A stretch of DNA of 64,000 bases from an uncultured Acidobacteriota bacterium (GTDB lineage Bacteria; Acidobacteriota; Vicinamibacteria; Vicinamibacterales; UBA823). Shown here in pieces: positions 47,979-56,066 of this stretch. The first letter of the stretch is position 1. Every line of letters starts with the position of its first letter. The stretch is from the NCBI GenBank assembly GCA_913052135.1, contig CAJXDY010000003.1, positions 19,004 to 83,003 on the forward strand. Direction: 5' to 3'. The position numbers and the translations under genes were made by a program. The notes beneath the pieces were generated by a model. That model did no database searches, had not been told where the DNA came from, and saw nothing but the letters and a program-made list of their open reading frames with translations.

Positions 47979-50804
47979 CTATTGCAACTGTTGTTCGCGA
48001 GCTAGTACGCTCACGCCGTCAGTGATCCAATTTGGTGCATTCTCACCTTTAAGAAAGTGATCAAACCAATCCAGCACCCGGTGATGATAGTCAATCTGGT
48101 TAGGTTTCTTTCGGAGGCTATGATTTTCGTCGTCGTACACCAGCATCACTAAGTCCTTACCGGCCCGCCGAGCGTAGTTGTACAGCTCGATACCCTGATG
48201 CCAGTCGACTGTGCCATCCTTGTTGCCGAAGGCTACCAACATTGGCGTGTTGAGATCCTCGATGAACAGCACGGGCGAGTTTCGAACATAGGCTTCCATG
48301 TCTTGCCAATAAGGCACGTCCATTCGCGCTTGACCCGTTTCAAAATGTGACGACTCAGGCATCCCTTGGTTCCAGTGAATGGTGCCAAACATACTGAAAA
48401 AATTGGTAAGGGGGGCTCCTGCCACGGCTGCTGCGAACGTGTTGGTCTGAGTTGGAATGAACGCAGTTTCGTACCCACCCCAAGAATGTCCCACAAGTCC
48501 AATTCGTTTCGGGTCCGCAATGCCCATCTGCAGCACTGCTGCCACCGCAGCTTCGACACACTCAGTAGCCGAGACTCCCGGATCTCGATCCCAATAAACA
48601 ATATCAGGTTGCAACACGAGGTAGTCTTGACTGGTAAAGACGCTGGTGTTGTATGGTCGCCGTTCCGATGGTGCTACATAGCGATGGACCATTTGTGAGC
48701 GTAGTTCGTAGACATACACGAGCATCGGATACTGTTTACTCGGATCGTAGTTGGGCGGATAGAACAGTGCACCTTGGAGACGCTGACCAGTCGGGTGCCG
48801 ATAGTCCACAAGTTCTGAATGTCCCCAAGCGTAGTTTTTCTGAAAGGGATTTGTGTTACTGACCTGCTTCGCGTCTGTTAGGTCAGGGCCACTCACGAAA
48901 TAGTCTGGTGAATCATTGAAACGCTGAACCACGTACGCGTAATGTGCTGCATCGTCAGCTTTTATGATTTGGTCAACTTGACTATCAAGCCAGAGGAGGC
49001 GTTCAAGCCTGATTCCTTCTTCGATATTAATCCGCGCATACCCACTCTTCTTGGTCCATTGACCGTATACACTGACGTAGAAGGGGTCCGTTGCATTAAT
49101 GCCTGCCGTGCTATCTTCCAGAGCAACATATCTATACCGAATAGCTTCCTCAGTCCCGTCGGTCAAGCGCTCGCACGACGACCCGTCTGGTGCTACGAGC
49201 CAGATGTCATATCGATCGTAGAGAAGGATCGACTCGTCGGCTATTGTCCAACCCGCAACGCCGTACGGGGGGCGTTCTTCGGTGGGGTAGTCGAATTCGG
49301 CGTCGGCAAACGAGGCAGCACTTTCATCTGTGATGTTCGTGTGCTTGGCGGTCGCCAATTCATACGTCCAAAAGTGATCGTCTTTGAAGTACAGCAGATA
49401 ACGGCCAGTCGTGCTGCCGCCATGGAAATGCCGGATTTTCTCGACAGCCTTGGTACGAGTGCCGGTCTTCACGTCGATCACATAAATGTCCATCCAGCGA
49501 CGACCAAACATCGTTTCGAACGCATAGGGGGTAGTATCTTGCGCCACCGCGAAGGTGTGGCCGTCTAATACGGAGATTTCCTCCATCAGGTCTATCCCTA
49601 ACTGCACGACACTGGGTTCATTCAAATGCCAAACCGCCAAGAGATTACGTTCCCGATCACGTTGCATTTGGATTTTCTGCATCGGAATAATTCGTCTGTC
49701 TTGACTGTGCCAGACGTCGACATCGGCAGGCTTTTCCTTATCATTACCGTCCGTGTTTTTTGTTGACTCACCGTTGGTGTCAGGGGATGTTTCCCATTGT
49801 CTCATTCCGAAGAAAACCGCAGTGCCATCATCCGACCAGCTGGGTTGTCTCTCGTCAACAATGCGAAAGTTTTTCGGGAAATTGGCATCGGTAGTCGAGT
49901 CATAGGTGAGAGCACTGGTTTGAGTTGCTGCCAGACCGCGCCAGGTGAGGATGTTGTGGGTGTCACCTTCGTAGCCCGTTCTGGAGTGCGACCGTAAAAC
50001 GACAAGGTCATCTTCTTCAGATCGCCACGACAAGCCAGTAAATAGACTGTTGCCTGATATGAGGGTGCGCAACTTTCCTGTTTCTGGATTGAACAGTTGT
50101 ACCCCGTTCCCAGTTCGTCCTTCAGCTGCTATGGTCATGGCGACTAGGACTCCAGCATCTTGCCAGGAAAATGCTGATACGTTGGCGAACTGTACATCGG
50201 TATTGGTATTCAGGCTTCTTACCACGAGAACTGAGCCGATCGATTCGACTGGACTGTCCATATCGCCACCATCTTGTTCGGTCTCAGCCAGAGGTGGAGT
50301 GCGATGGACTGCTAGGTAAGCATTGTTTTCACTAAAGGCGAAGGTAGCGACACTCTTTATGACTTCGACTTCAAGCGAGTTCAAGTCGAGAAGCCCCAGA
50401 TCAGCGCTTACTGGTTTTTCAGAGGCATCGAGACCCGCTGGGGCATCGTCGGATTGGCCGATCGCATAACCCAGCCATCTCGAATCAGCCGAAAAGGCCG
50501 CGTCCTCACCAAACGAGGCTACGGTTCGTGCGTCAGTTACCGTGTTTGCAACCCGTAGTTCATTCTCTCCGTTCGAGCGCGTGATTGGATATGCCAACCA
50601 CTGACCATTAGGCGATAAAATGCTACCGCGACCGAGCGTTTCCCACTGACCGTAATCGGCTGCGGTTGGCGGCATTTGTTCCTGAGTAAACACGCTGATC
50701 GAGAAAGTGCAGAATAGGGATATGGCTAGGAGCCGTCGCACATGCGATATCAGCCGTGTTGGGACGAAAGCAGCGTCAGGTGCGTTTTGAAAAGTAAAGG
50801 TCAT
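47979..50804 (-). CDS. S9 family serine peptidase with large N-terminal beta-propeller region
   Basis: The C-terminal alpha/beta hydrolase domain has nucleophile GLVGHSWGGYE, an Asp in GNKDGTVD and a His in DDENHSL. The roughly 650-aa N-terminal region has a TolB/DPP-IV-like repeat character. The N-terminus is hydrophobic. Confidence 0.8.
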   Translation of the reverse strand: MTFTFQNAPDAAFVPTRLISHVRRLLAISLFCTFSISVFTQEQMPPTAADYGQWETLGRGSILSPNGQWLAYPITRSNGENELRVANTVTDARTVASFGEDAAFSADSRWLGYAIGQSDDAPAGLDASEKPVSADLGLLDLNSLEVEVIKSVATFAFSENNAYLAVHRTPPLAETEQDGGDMDSPVESIGSVLVVRSLNTNTDVQFANVSAFSWQDAGVLVAMTIAAEGRTGNGVQLFNPETGKLRTLISGNSLFTGLSWRSEEDDLVVLRSHSRTGYEGDTHNILTWRGLAATQTSALTYDSTTDANFPKNFRIVDERQPSWSDDGTAVFFGMRQWETSPDTNGESTKNTDGNDKEKPADVDVWHSQDRRIIPMQKIQMQRDRERNLLAVWHLNEPSVVQLGIDLMEEISVLDGHTFAVAQDTTPYAFETMFGRRWMDIYVIDVKTGTRTKAVEKIRHFHGGSTTGRYLLYFKDDHFWTYELATAKHTNITDESAASFADAEFDYPTEERPPYGVAGWTIADESILLYDRYDIWLVAPDGSSCERLTDGTEEAIRYRYVALEDSTAGINATDPFYVSVYGQWTKKSGYARINIEEGIRLERLLWLDSQVDQIIKADDAAHYAYVVQRFNDSPDYFVSGPDLTDAKQVSNTNPFQKNYAWGHSELVDYRHPTGQRLQGALFYPPNYDPSKQYPMLVYVYELRSQMVHRYVAPSERRPYNTSVFTSQDYLVLQPDIVYWDRDPGVSATECVEAAVAAVLQMGIADPKRIGLVGHSWGGYETAFIPTQTNTFAAAVAGAPLTNFFSMFGTIHWNQGMPESSHFETGQARMDVPYWQDMEAYVRNSPVLFIEDLNTPMLVAFGNKDGTVDWHQGIELYNYARRAGKDLVMLVYDDENHSLRKKPNQIDYHHRVLDWFDHFLKGENAPNWITDGVSVLAREQQLQ

Positions 50805-50822
50805 GGGAAGCCTCAGATTAAA

Positions 50823-50849
50823 TTCATTCGGAGAGCGACATCGAATGAA
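50823..50849 (-). promoter_or_regulatory. Intercistronic hairpin between the DAAO-like gene and the S9 peptidase gene
   Basis: TTCATTCG (50823-50830) pairs with CGAATGAA (50842-50849), with an 11-nt loop. It lies in the 70-nt spacer and has no U-tract. Confidence 0.4.
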
Positions 50850-50874
50850 CCATTAGGTCAATATTCTTGAAATA

Positions 50875-52128
50875 TTACGATTCCAAATCGAAGAAGGTTT
50901 CAAGGGCCGGGGCTTTGCCGAGTCGTTGTGGGCGAGCGACTACCGTTTGAGGTCTTGGTGAGCGCATGATGTTCGAGAGCGCAATGTGAGCCTCGACTGT
51001 TCGACGGCGCGCCTCCTCGTTCGGCTCGAGCGTCCAAACGTCCCGTTCACCGGTAGTGCCTAGGGCAATACCATCTCGACGAGGCATCACAGTTATGGGC
51101 ATTAGACCACCTTCACTGTTTCGAAGAACACCAAAAAGTATGTAATTCAATTCTGGTTGAGGGACCAGAAAGGTGAGTTGGCCCTTGACTGGCGTTAATT
51201 CTTCATCGCCGAATAGAACTCGTGATCCCAATCCCGTCGAATTGACGACAATCGGTTCCGTAAGTGACATAAGGTCATGGAGTGTATCGAATTTCCTAAT
51301 TACAATGCGGCCACCAAACTGGGTTACATCGCGTACTAATGCCTCAAGATAAATGGATGGCTCGATACGCATCCGTGTTCCTCGATTCACATAGGTGGAG
51401 GGAAAAGGATGTTCACCCGGTCCCAGTAATTCCGTGCCCATTTGCAGGTGAGCTGGCAGAAGTCCAGCCTCTGCACGGGCTTCTGGTGAACGCGACACCC
51501 TCACCTCATCCGTCATAGCGTAATCATCAATCCACGTAATGCCGTAGTTGGGACCAGCGAGGAGTTGAAGTTCCTGATACGAGATTTCCACAGCCTGCCG
51601 GAATTGTGTGTCCCAAGCGGGTGTGCGGCCCCCGATGGCTACAGCCCGTGACGTTGGTGTGAATCCGGCCCACGCCTTATTGGAGGTAGTGTCTGGAGGG
51701 ACGGATAACGTGTAGATAGTGACCTCAAAACCTCGTCGCTGCAGTTGCCGCGCCGCCGTCAATCCGACCACGCCGCATCCCAGCACTGCGACTCGTCGGT
51801 CACTCTGTGTTGCTGCCTCACTTACGAGGTCAGCAGCCAATGAGCCGGTCCCCCATGCCAACGAGTGGCCGGCACCCCCGTGACCGTAATTGTGTACGAG
51901 CGTCTTATTGTCAAGTTTTTCGGCTCGGACTACAAAGCCGGAAGGTCGGTAAGGACGGAGTCCGACCGTGGTTCGAATCACACGGTTCCACGAGGCATTC
52001 AGGGTTGCAAGTTGGATTCTAGGTTTCGTTGCCGGTTGCAACAGGCTCGGTGTTCTAGGCGCACAGCCAGTAATGCCGAGCCCAAGAGCAGCCAGCCCGG
52101 ACGATTTAAGCATCTTCCGTCTGTTCAT
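50875..52128 (-). CDS. D-amino-acid-oxidase-family FAD oxidoreductase, Tat signal plus lipobox, apparently circularly permuted
   Basis: The N-terminus MNRRKMLKSSGLAALGLGITGCAP carries an RR motif and the lipobox ITGC. LVHNYGHGGAGHSLAWGTG nearly matches the PROSITE DAO signature but lies at about aa 78-96. That is before the dinucleotide fold RVAVLGCGVVGLTAARQL at about aa 112-129. The remainder (VVNSTGLGS..., PVKGQL...) parallels DAAO residues 1 to about 275. Confidence 0.75.
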   Translation of the reverse strand: MNRRKMLKSSGLAALGLGITGCAPRTPSLLQPATKPRIQLATLNASWNRVIRTTVGLRPYRPSGFVVRAEKLDNKTLVHNYGHGGAGHSLAWGTGSLAADLVSEAATQSDRRVAVLGCGVVGLTAARQLQRRGFEVTIYTLSVPPDTTSNKAWAGFTPTSRAVAIGGRTPAWDTQFRQAVEISYQELQLLAGPNYGITWIDDYAMTDEVRVSRSPEARAEAGLLPAHLQMGTELLGPGEHPFPSTYVNRGTRMRIEPSIYLEALVRDVTQFGGRIVIRKFDTLHDLMSLTEPIVVNSTGLGSRVLFGDEELTPVKGQLTFLVPQPELNYILFGVLRNSEGGLMPITVMPRRDGIALGTTGERDVWTLEPNEEARRRTVEAHIALSNIMRSPRPQTVVARPQRLGKAPALETFFDLES

Positions 52129-52148
52129 CGAATGAATCCTTGTCTGTA

Positions 52149-53492
52149 CTAGCTTTTCGCCAGTTCCAGTTCAGATTGTTCCTGTTTCTGTCGAAGGAGG
52201 TACTCCGGCTTAATGAGGAACATCGCTGCCGCGCAGGCTAGCATGATACCGACTAAGGTCAAGAAAGCTGGATAATATGTGTTACCAGCCTGTCCATACC
52301 ACCAACCGACCGTGATCGGACCAAGCATTAAGCCAAGCGCTGTTATGGAGCTAAACGTACCGAGGATTTTTCCCAGATGACCCGGACCAAAAGTGTGTTT
52401 CGCGACCACTGGTTCTTCCATCAGCACGCCCCCATGCGCAAATCCCCGTGCTAGCTGGAAGATGATCAGGGTGACCAGTCCCTGTATTCCGAAGGCGAGT
52501 GAGATATAAAACGCGATCATTACGTAGCAGAGGGAAATCCCTTTGAGTGAATACCGATCGAAGAACCAACCAAAAAAGATCTTTGACGAAAAGCCCAAGA
52601 TGAACGACAAACTCACGGTGAAAGCCACTCGAGTCAACGTGAAACCTAGGTCTTTCACAAGAAATGGTGTCACGTTTTGAGTGAACCCCTGATCTACGAA
52701 TCCAATGAAGAACTGCACGACACAAAGTACCCAAAACACTGGTTTCCTGAGAATGTTCGAAAAGAGGGACCCATCGGCACCCTGGTCTTCTTCAATCAAC
52801 CGGCCTTTTACGAAGGTGCGTGGACTGGCCACTTCATTACCGAATTCCCGACTGACTTCGTCCTTCGTCGGAGCATCCTTCACTATGAAGTGCACGACTG
52901 GGAAGACTACGAAAAGAATCGCGAGACTCATGATAGGGAGCCCATTGTTCCAGCCAAAGGTTTCGATCAACCAGGCAAAAATTACCGGGAATATCATTCC
53001 GGAGATGCTTGTTGCGCTTGCCGCCAAGCCTAGCGCCAAACCCAATCGTCGATTAAACCAGCGGGCAACCAAAGTCTTAGTCGCCAAGAGGAGCGGAATT
53101 GAGGAGAACCCGAGCGGGATTCCAGCAAGCCACCACATCCATTTCCCATCAACGAAATGGAAGAAAACAAAGCCCAGCATTGACATGGTTGCACAGAGGT
53201 ACAAAATAGTTTTGACGCCCCAACGATCAATTAGAAAGCCAGCACCGAATGCCACAATGGCCGCCGTGCCGGACTTGACTGAATAAATCGTCACTACTTC
53301 GGCTCGTGTCAAATTCAGGGCATCCTCAACTGCCGGATACATCAACTGAAGCATCATATTTGCAGTGGAGAAAATGAAAATGACACAAGGGAAGACGGCC
53401 GCAACATTCCACCAGCCGTAGTACATCTTGCCGTCTGGACCTTTTATTTCATCCTGTATTTCTCGAAACACTCGCACGAAGCGATTACTCAT
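52149..53492 (-). CDS. MFS transporter
   Basis: It has about 12 predicted TM helices and MFS loop motifs (FLIDRWGVK, ARWFNRRLGLALG). It is oxalate/formate-antiporter-like in overall pattern. Substrate unknown. Confidence 0.8.
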   Translation of the reverse strand: MSNRFVRVFREIQDEIKGPDGKMYYGWWNVAAVFPCVIFIFSTANMMLQLMYPAVEDALNLTRAEVVTIYSVKSGTAAIVAFGAGFLIDRWGVKTILYLCATMSMLGFVFFHFVDGKWMWWLAGIPLGFSSIPLLLATKTLVARWFNRRLGLALGLAASATSISGMIFPVIFAWLIETFGWNNGLPIMSLAILFVVFPVVHFIVKDAPTKDEVSREFGNEVASPRTFVKGRLIEEDQGADGSLFSNILRKPVFWVLCVVQFFIGFVDQGFTQNVTPFLVKDLGFTLTRVAFTVSLSFILGFSSKIFFGWFFDRYSLKGISLCYVMIAFYISLAFGIQGLVTLIIFQLARGFAHGGVLMEEPVVAKHTFGPGHLGKILGTFSSITALGLMLGPITVGWWYGQAGNTYYPAFLTLVGIMLACAAAMFLIKPEYLLRQKQEQSELELAKS

Positions 53493-53583
53493 AGCCCATT
53501 CTTTCGGTTAATAATGACAATGTTGTACATGATGGTCAGTCCCAAGGTTTTTAGTGAGGGTTTTACGAGAGTGTCAGGGTTTT

Positions 53584-54486
53584 TCAGCCTTCAACGTTAG
53601 ACGTCAATTCTCCAGCCACCGAGCAGGCGTAGCCCATTCGATCTTCCAAGCCTGTTTCAAAAATGCCACGGTCCGCTACCCAGCGTTGTGTACTGTCAAA
53701 AATATGCTGGTCGTACGGTAGAAAAACGAGTCGTTCTCCAGGGCCGAATCTCCGCACATCCATCACGTCATGCCACCGTTTTGGAAAGAACTTCTTGTAA
53801 AAATGCGTGTACTGTTCAGGACGAAAATCGATATCAGCCTGTGCACGTTTTAACGCACGGTAGTACTTTCTAACATCATCTTCATCAACAGTGTCTGGAA
53901 CGAGTGCTGCAATCATGAACGTAGTGTCGAGGATTTTTCGAAAGCCTAGCTGTTCAGCAAGATATAGCGGGCCACCGAATAGACCGGCGGCTGGCACCTG
54001 GCGGTCGATGAGCAGTTCTAGTCGCTGAAAGAGCATTCCACCAAAGTGGAGGTTAATCTCTTCTTTAGTCAGAAACGGTTCGAGCGACTGGATGGTTGAA
54101 TAGTGACTACCTGACTGATAACCGACGCTAATCGGAATATTGGCAAGGTCTTGAGGATTTCTGACCCTTGAGTCTTCTGGCACGTAGATGCCTGAGGGGG
54201 TAACAGAATATGCCTCACCCCAGAGCTTGCCGTGACCCGCAGCCGCAGCCATATTAATGGTCCAATGACACGCACAGCTAACGTCGGTCGTTTGCCGCAT
54301 ACCAGATTCGATACTTTGGTAAGCGCCACGAATCTGGTCTTTGGGTAAAGGTTCAGCGGACTTCACTGAGGGGCTGCCCGCGCGTGTCTTAAACTCGTAC
54401 TCGAGTCCTTCTGCGTTGAAGTATCCCTTGTCGTGCGCGACCCATTCTTGAAGTCGCATATGCGGACTAATCACGAATGTGCTCAT
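53584..54486 (-). CDS. NMT1/THI5-like (periplasmic-binding-protein fold) protein without signal peptide
   Basis: The start ...QEWVAHDKGYFNAEGLEYEF resembles the THI5/SsuA-family N-terminus (…A..KGYF...GL). ISVGYQSGSHY is typical of the fold. No signal sequence is present. The function cannot be assigned from sequence alone. Confidence 0.5.
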   Translation of the reverse strand: MSTFVISPHMRLQEWVAHDKGYFNAEGLEYEFKTRAGSPSVKSAEPLPKDQIRGAYQSIESGMRQTTDVSCACHWTINMAAAAGHGKLWGEAYSVTPSGIYVPEDSRVRNPQDLANIPISVGYQSGSHYSTIQSLEPFLTKEEINLHFGGMLFQRLELLIDRQVPAAGLFGGPLYLAEQLGFRKILDTTFMIAALVPDTVDEDDVRKYYRALKRAQADIDFRPEQYTHFYKKFFPKRWHDVMDVRRFGPGERLVFLPYDQHIFDSTQRWVADRGIFETGLEDRMGYACSVAGELTSNVEG

Positions 54487-54543
54487 AGAGTGTAAGTCTC
54501 CTCAGTGCTTTGTGCAGGCTCATCATAGCGGCTCAACCTTATG

Positions 54544-54696
54544 AGTCAAGGAGTTAGGGGAAACAACAGAATTCTTCTTTTTGACTGTGCAATTCTCACT
54601 AAAGTTTTTTAATACAGTAGCTTAGTCAAGGTTTCGCAGGTTGTTTTGATATAATACAGACCTTAGATTTCAAGAGATTAGACTTGACAGTCAAGG
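54544..54696. promoter_or_regulatory. Three exact AGTCAAGG boxes, one within a 13-bp perfect palindrome, in the divergent NMT1-like/KamA-like control region
   Basis: AGTCAAGG occurs at 54544-54551, 54624-54631 and 54689-54696. The third is part of CTTGACAGTCAAG (54683-54695). A degenerate copy GTCAAGC lies at 54782-54788. Confidence 0.4.
54647..54655 (+). promoter_or_regulatory. Extended -10 promoter element (TGaTATAAT) upstream of the KamA-like gene
   Basis: TG at 54647-54648 and TATAAT at 54650-54655. No good -35 is present, which is tolerated with an extended -10. This implies a roughly 195-nt leader. Confidence 0.4.
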
Positions 54697-54857
54697 TCGT
54701 TCTGGTCTGATACTCATCACTCCCCCAATAAACAAAAGCGTCTTGTGCGTGTTTGATGTGTTTTGGATATTGGTGATGGTCGTCAAGCTTAGGAGAGGTG
54801 CAGGACTTGGAACTGAGTCAGCCCCTCTAGAACGTTTTGGTAGAGGAGAAGCGTGTT

Positions 54858-56000
54858 ATGGGTAACCCAACGTCCGGTAATGTAACGGATAAGAGTTTGC
54901 GACGTGTGAAGTACATCAGAAACCTATCGAAGCTTGAACAGCTATCTCCCTCGGAGCGTGCCCAATTAGAGCCAGTCGCGGAACAATATGTTTTCAGAGC
55001 TAATGACTACTATCTAAAACTGATTAATTGGGATGATCCGGATGATCCAATCCGTCAATTAATCATCCCCCGCGTTGAAGAATCTAATGAATGGGGTCGC
55101 TTGGATGCGAGCAACGAAGAGGCGGTGACGGTTGCAAGAGGCGTTCAGCATAAATACACCGATACGGTTCTGCTCTTATGCAATGAGGTCTGTGGAGCGT
55201 ATTGCCGCTATTGCTTCCGCAAGCGGCTATTCATGGACGAGAACGACGAAGCGACAAATGACGTAAGTGAAGGATTGAAGTACATCGCGGCACATCCAGA
55301 AGTAACCAACGTGCTCTTAACTGGTGGAGATCCACTGCTTATGAGTACCAGACGCCTAGTAGAGATTTTCAGCGCTCTCCGAGAGATTCCACACGTCAAA
55401 ATTATCCGAATGGGCTCGAAGATGCCGGCATTTGACCCGTTTCGTGTGCTCAATGACGAGGCACTCCACGAGGCGTTTCGTACTTATTCCACGCCCGAGC
55501 AACGCATATATTTGATGGCCCATTTCGATCATCCACGGGAATTGACGGCCGAGGCAATTCAGTCAATCGACACGTGTATCAAGAATGGTGTCATCTGCGT
55601 TAATCAGTGTCCGATGATTCGTGGGATTAATGATTCTCCAGAGGTCTTATCGGAACTCTATGAGCGACTCTCGTTTATTGGATGTCCTCCGTATTATTTA
55701 TTCCAGGGCCGACCCACAGCCGGGAACGAGCCCTACGAAGTACCGATGGTGCGTGCCTGGACAATCTTCCAGGAAGCGTTACGTCGGGGCTCAGGCCTCG
55801 CACGTAGAGCACGCTTCTGTATGTCTCATGAGACGGGGAAGATCGAAATCATGGCGGTCGATGAGAAGCATATTTATTTGCGTTATCATCAAGCAAAACA
55901 CGCTTCAGATCTCGGTCGTTTCATGGTTTGTCACCGCAATGACGAAGCGTTTTGGTTCGATCACCTGCAGCCCGTGGAGTCGGCAGCCTCAGTGTTCTAG
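54858..56000 (+). CDS. KamA-family radical SAM aminomutase (lysine 2,3-aminomutase-like)
   Basis: The radical SAM cluster motif is CGAYCRYCFRKR (KamA has CSMYCRHCTRRR). Also present are VTNVLLTGGDPL, the family N-terminal pattern (Y.FR...YY..LI.W.DP.DPIR.L.IP) and HFDHPRE. ATG 54858 is preceded by SD GAGGAG, whereas the track uses TTG 54837. Confidence 0.8.
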   Translation: MGNPTSGNVTDKSLRRVKYIRNLSKLEQLSPSERAQLEPVAEQYVFRANDYYLKLINWDDPDDPIRQLIIPRVEESNEWGRLDASNEEAVTVARGVQHKYTDTVLLLCNEVCGAYCRYCFRKRLFMDENDEATNDVSEGLKYIAAHPEVTNVLLTGGDPLLMSTRRLVEIFSALREIPHVKIIRMGSKMPAFDPFRVLNDEALHEAFRTYSTPEQRIYLMAHFDHPRELTAEAIQSIDTCIKNGVICVNQCPMIRGINDSPEVLSELYERLSFIGCPPYYLFQGRPTAGNEPYEVPMVRAWTIFQEALRRGSGLARRARFCMSHETGKIEIMAVDEKHIYLRYHQAKHASDLGRFMVCHRNDEAFWFDHLQPVESAASVF

Positions 56001-56066
56001 TCGGCCCGTGCGCCACCAGATAAACAAGTTCGAATACAAGCTTGAGCGGGTAGATATTGGTCTGCT

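Noticed and set aside
48942-49568. A 208-aa plus-strand ORF inside the S9 peptidase gene, plus other antisense ORFs at 48233-48862.
   Set aside because: They are embedded antisense in a gene with clear catalytic motifs, and show no motif or start signals.
52677-53286. Plus-strand ORFs of 118 and 193 aa antisense to the MFS transporter.
   Set aside because: They are shadow ORFs of a 12-TM transporter gene. Their translations are not protein-like (K/R/P-rich).
54684-54714. A second promoter using TTGACA at 54684-54689.
   Set aside because: The best downstream -10 candidates (TGATAC with an 18-nt spacer, GATACT with a 19-nt spacer) are poor. The TTGACA is more simply explained as half of the palindrome CTTGACAGTCAAG.
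54487-54857. A TPP riboswitch (because of the THI5/NMT1-like gene) or a lysine riboswitch (because of the KamA-like gene) in the 370-bp control region.
   Set aside because: Neither the CUGAGA...ACCUGAUCUGGAUAAUGCCAGCG TPP core nor L-box conserved segments are visible on either strand.
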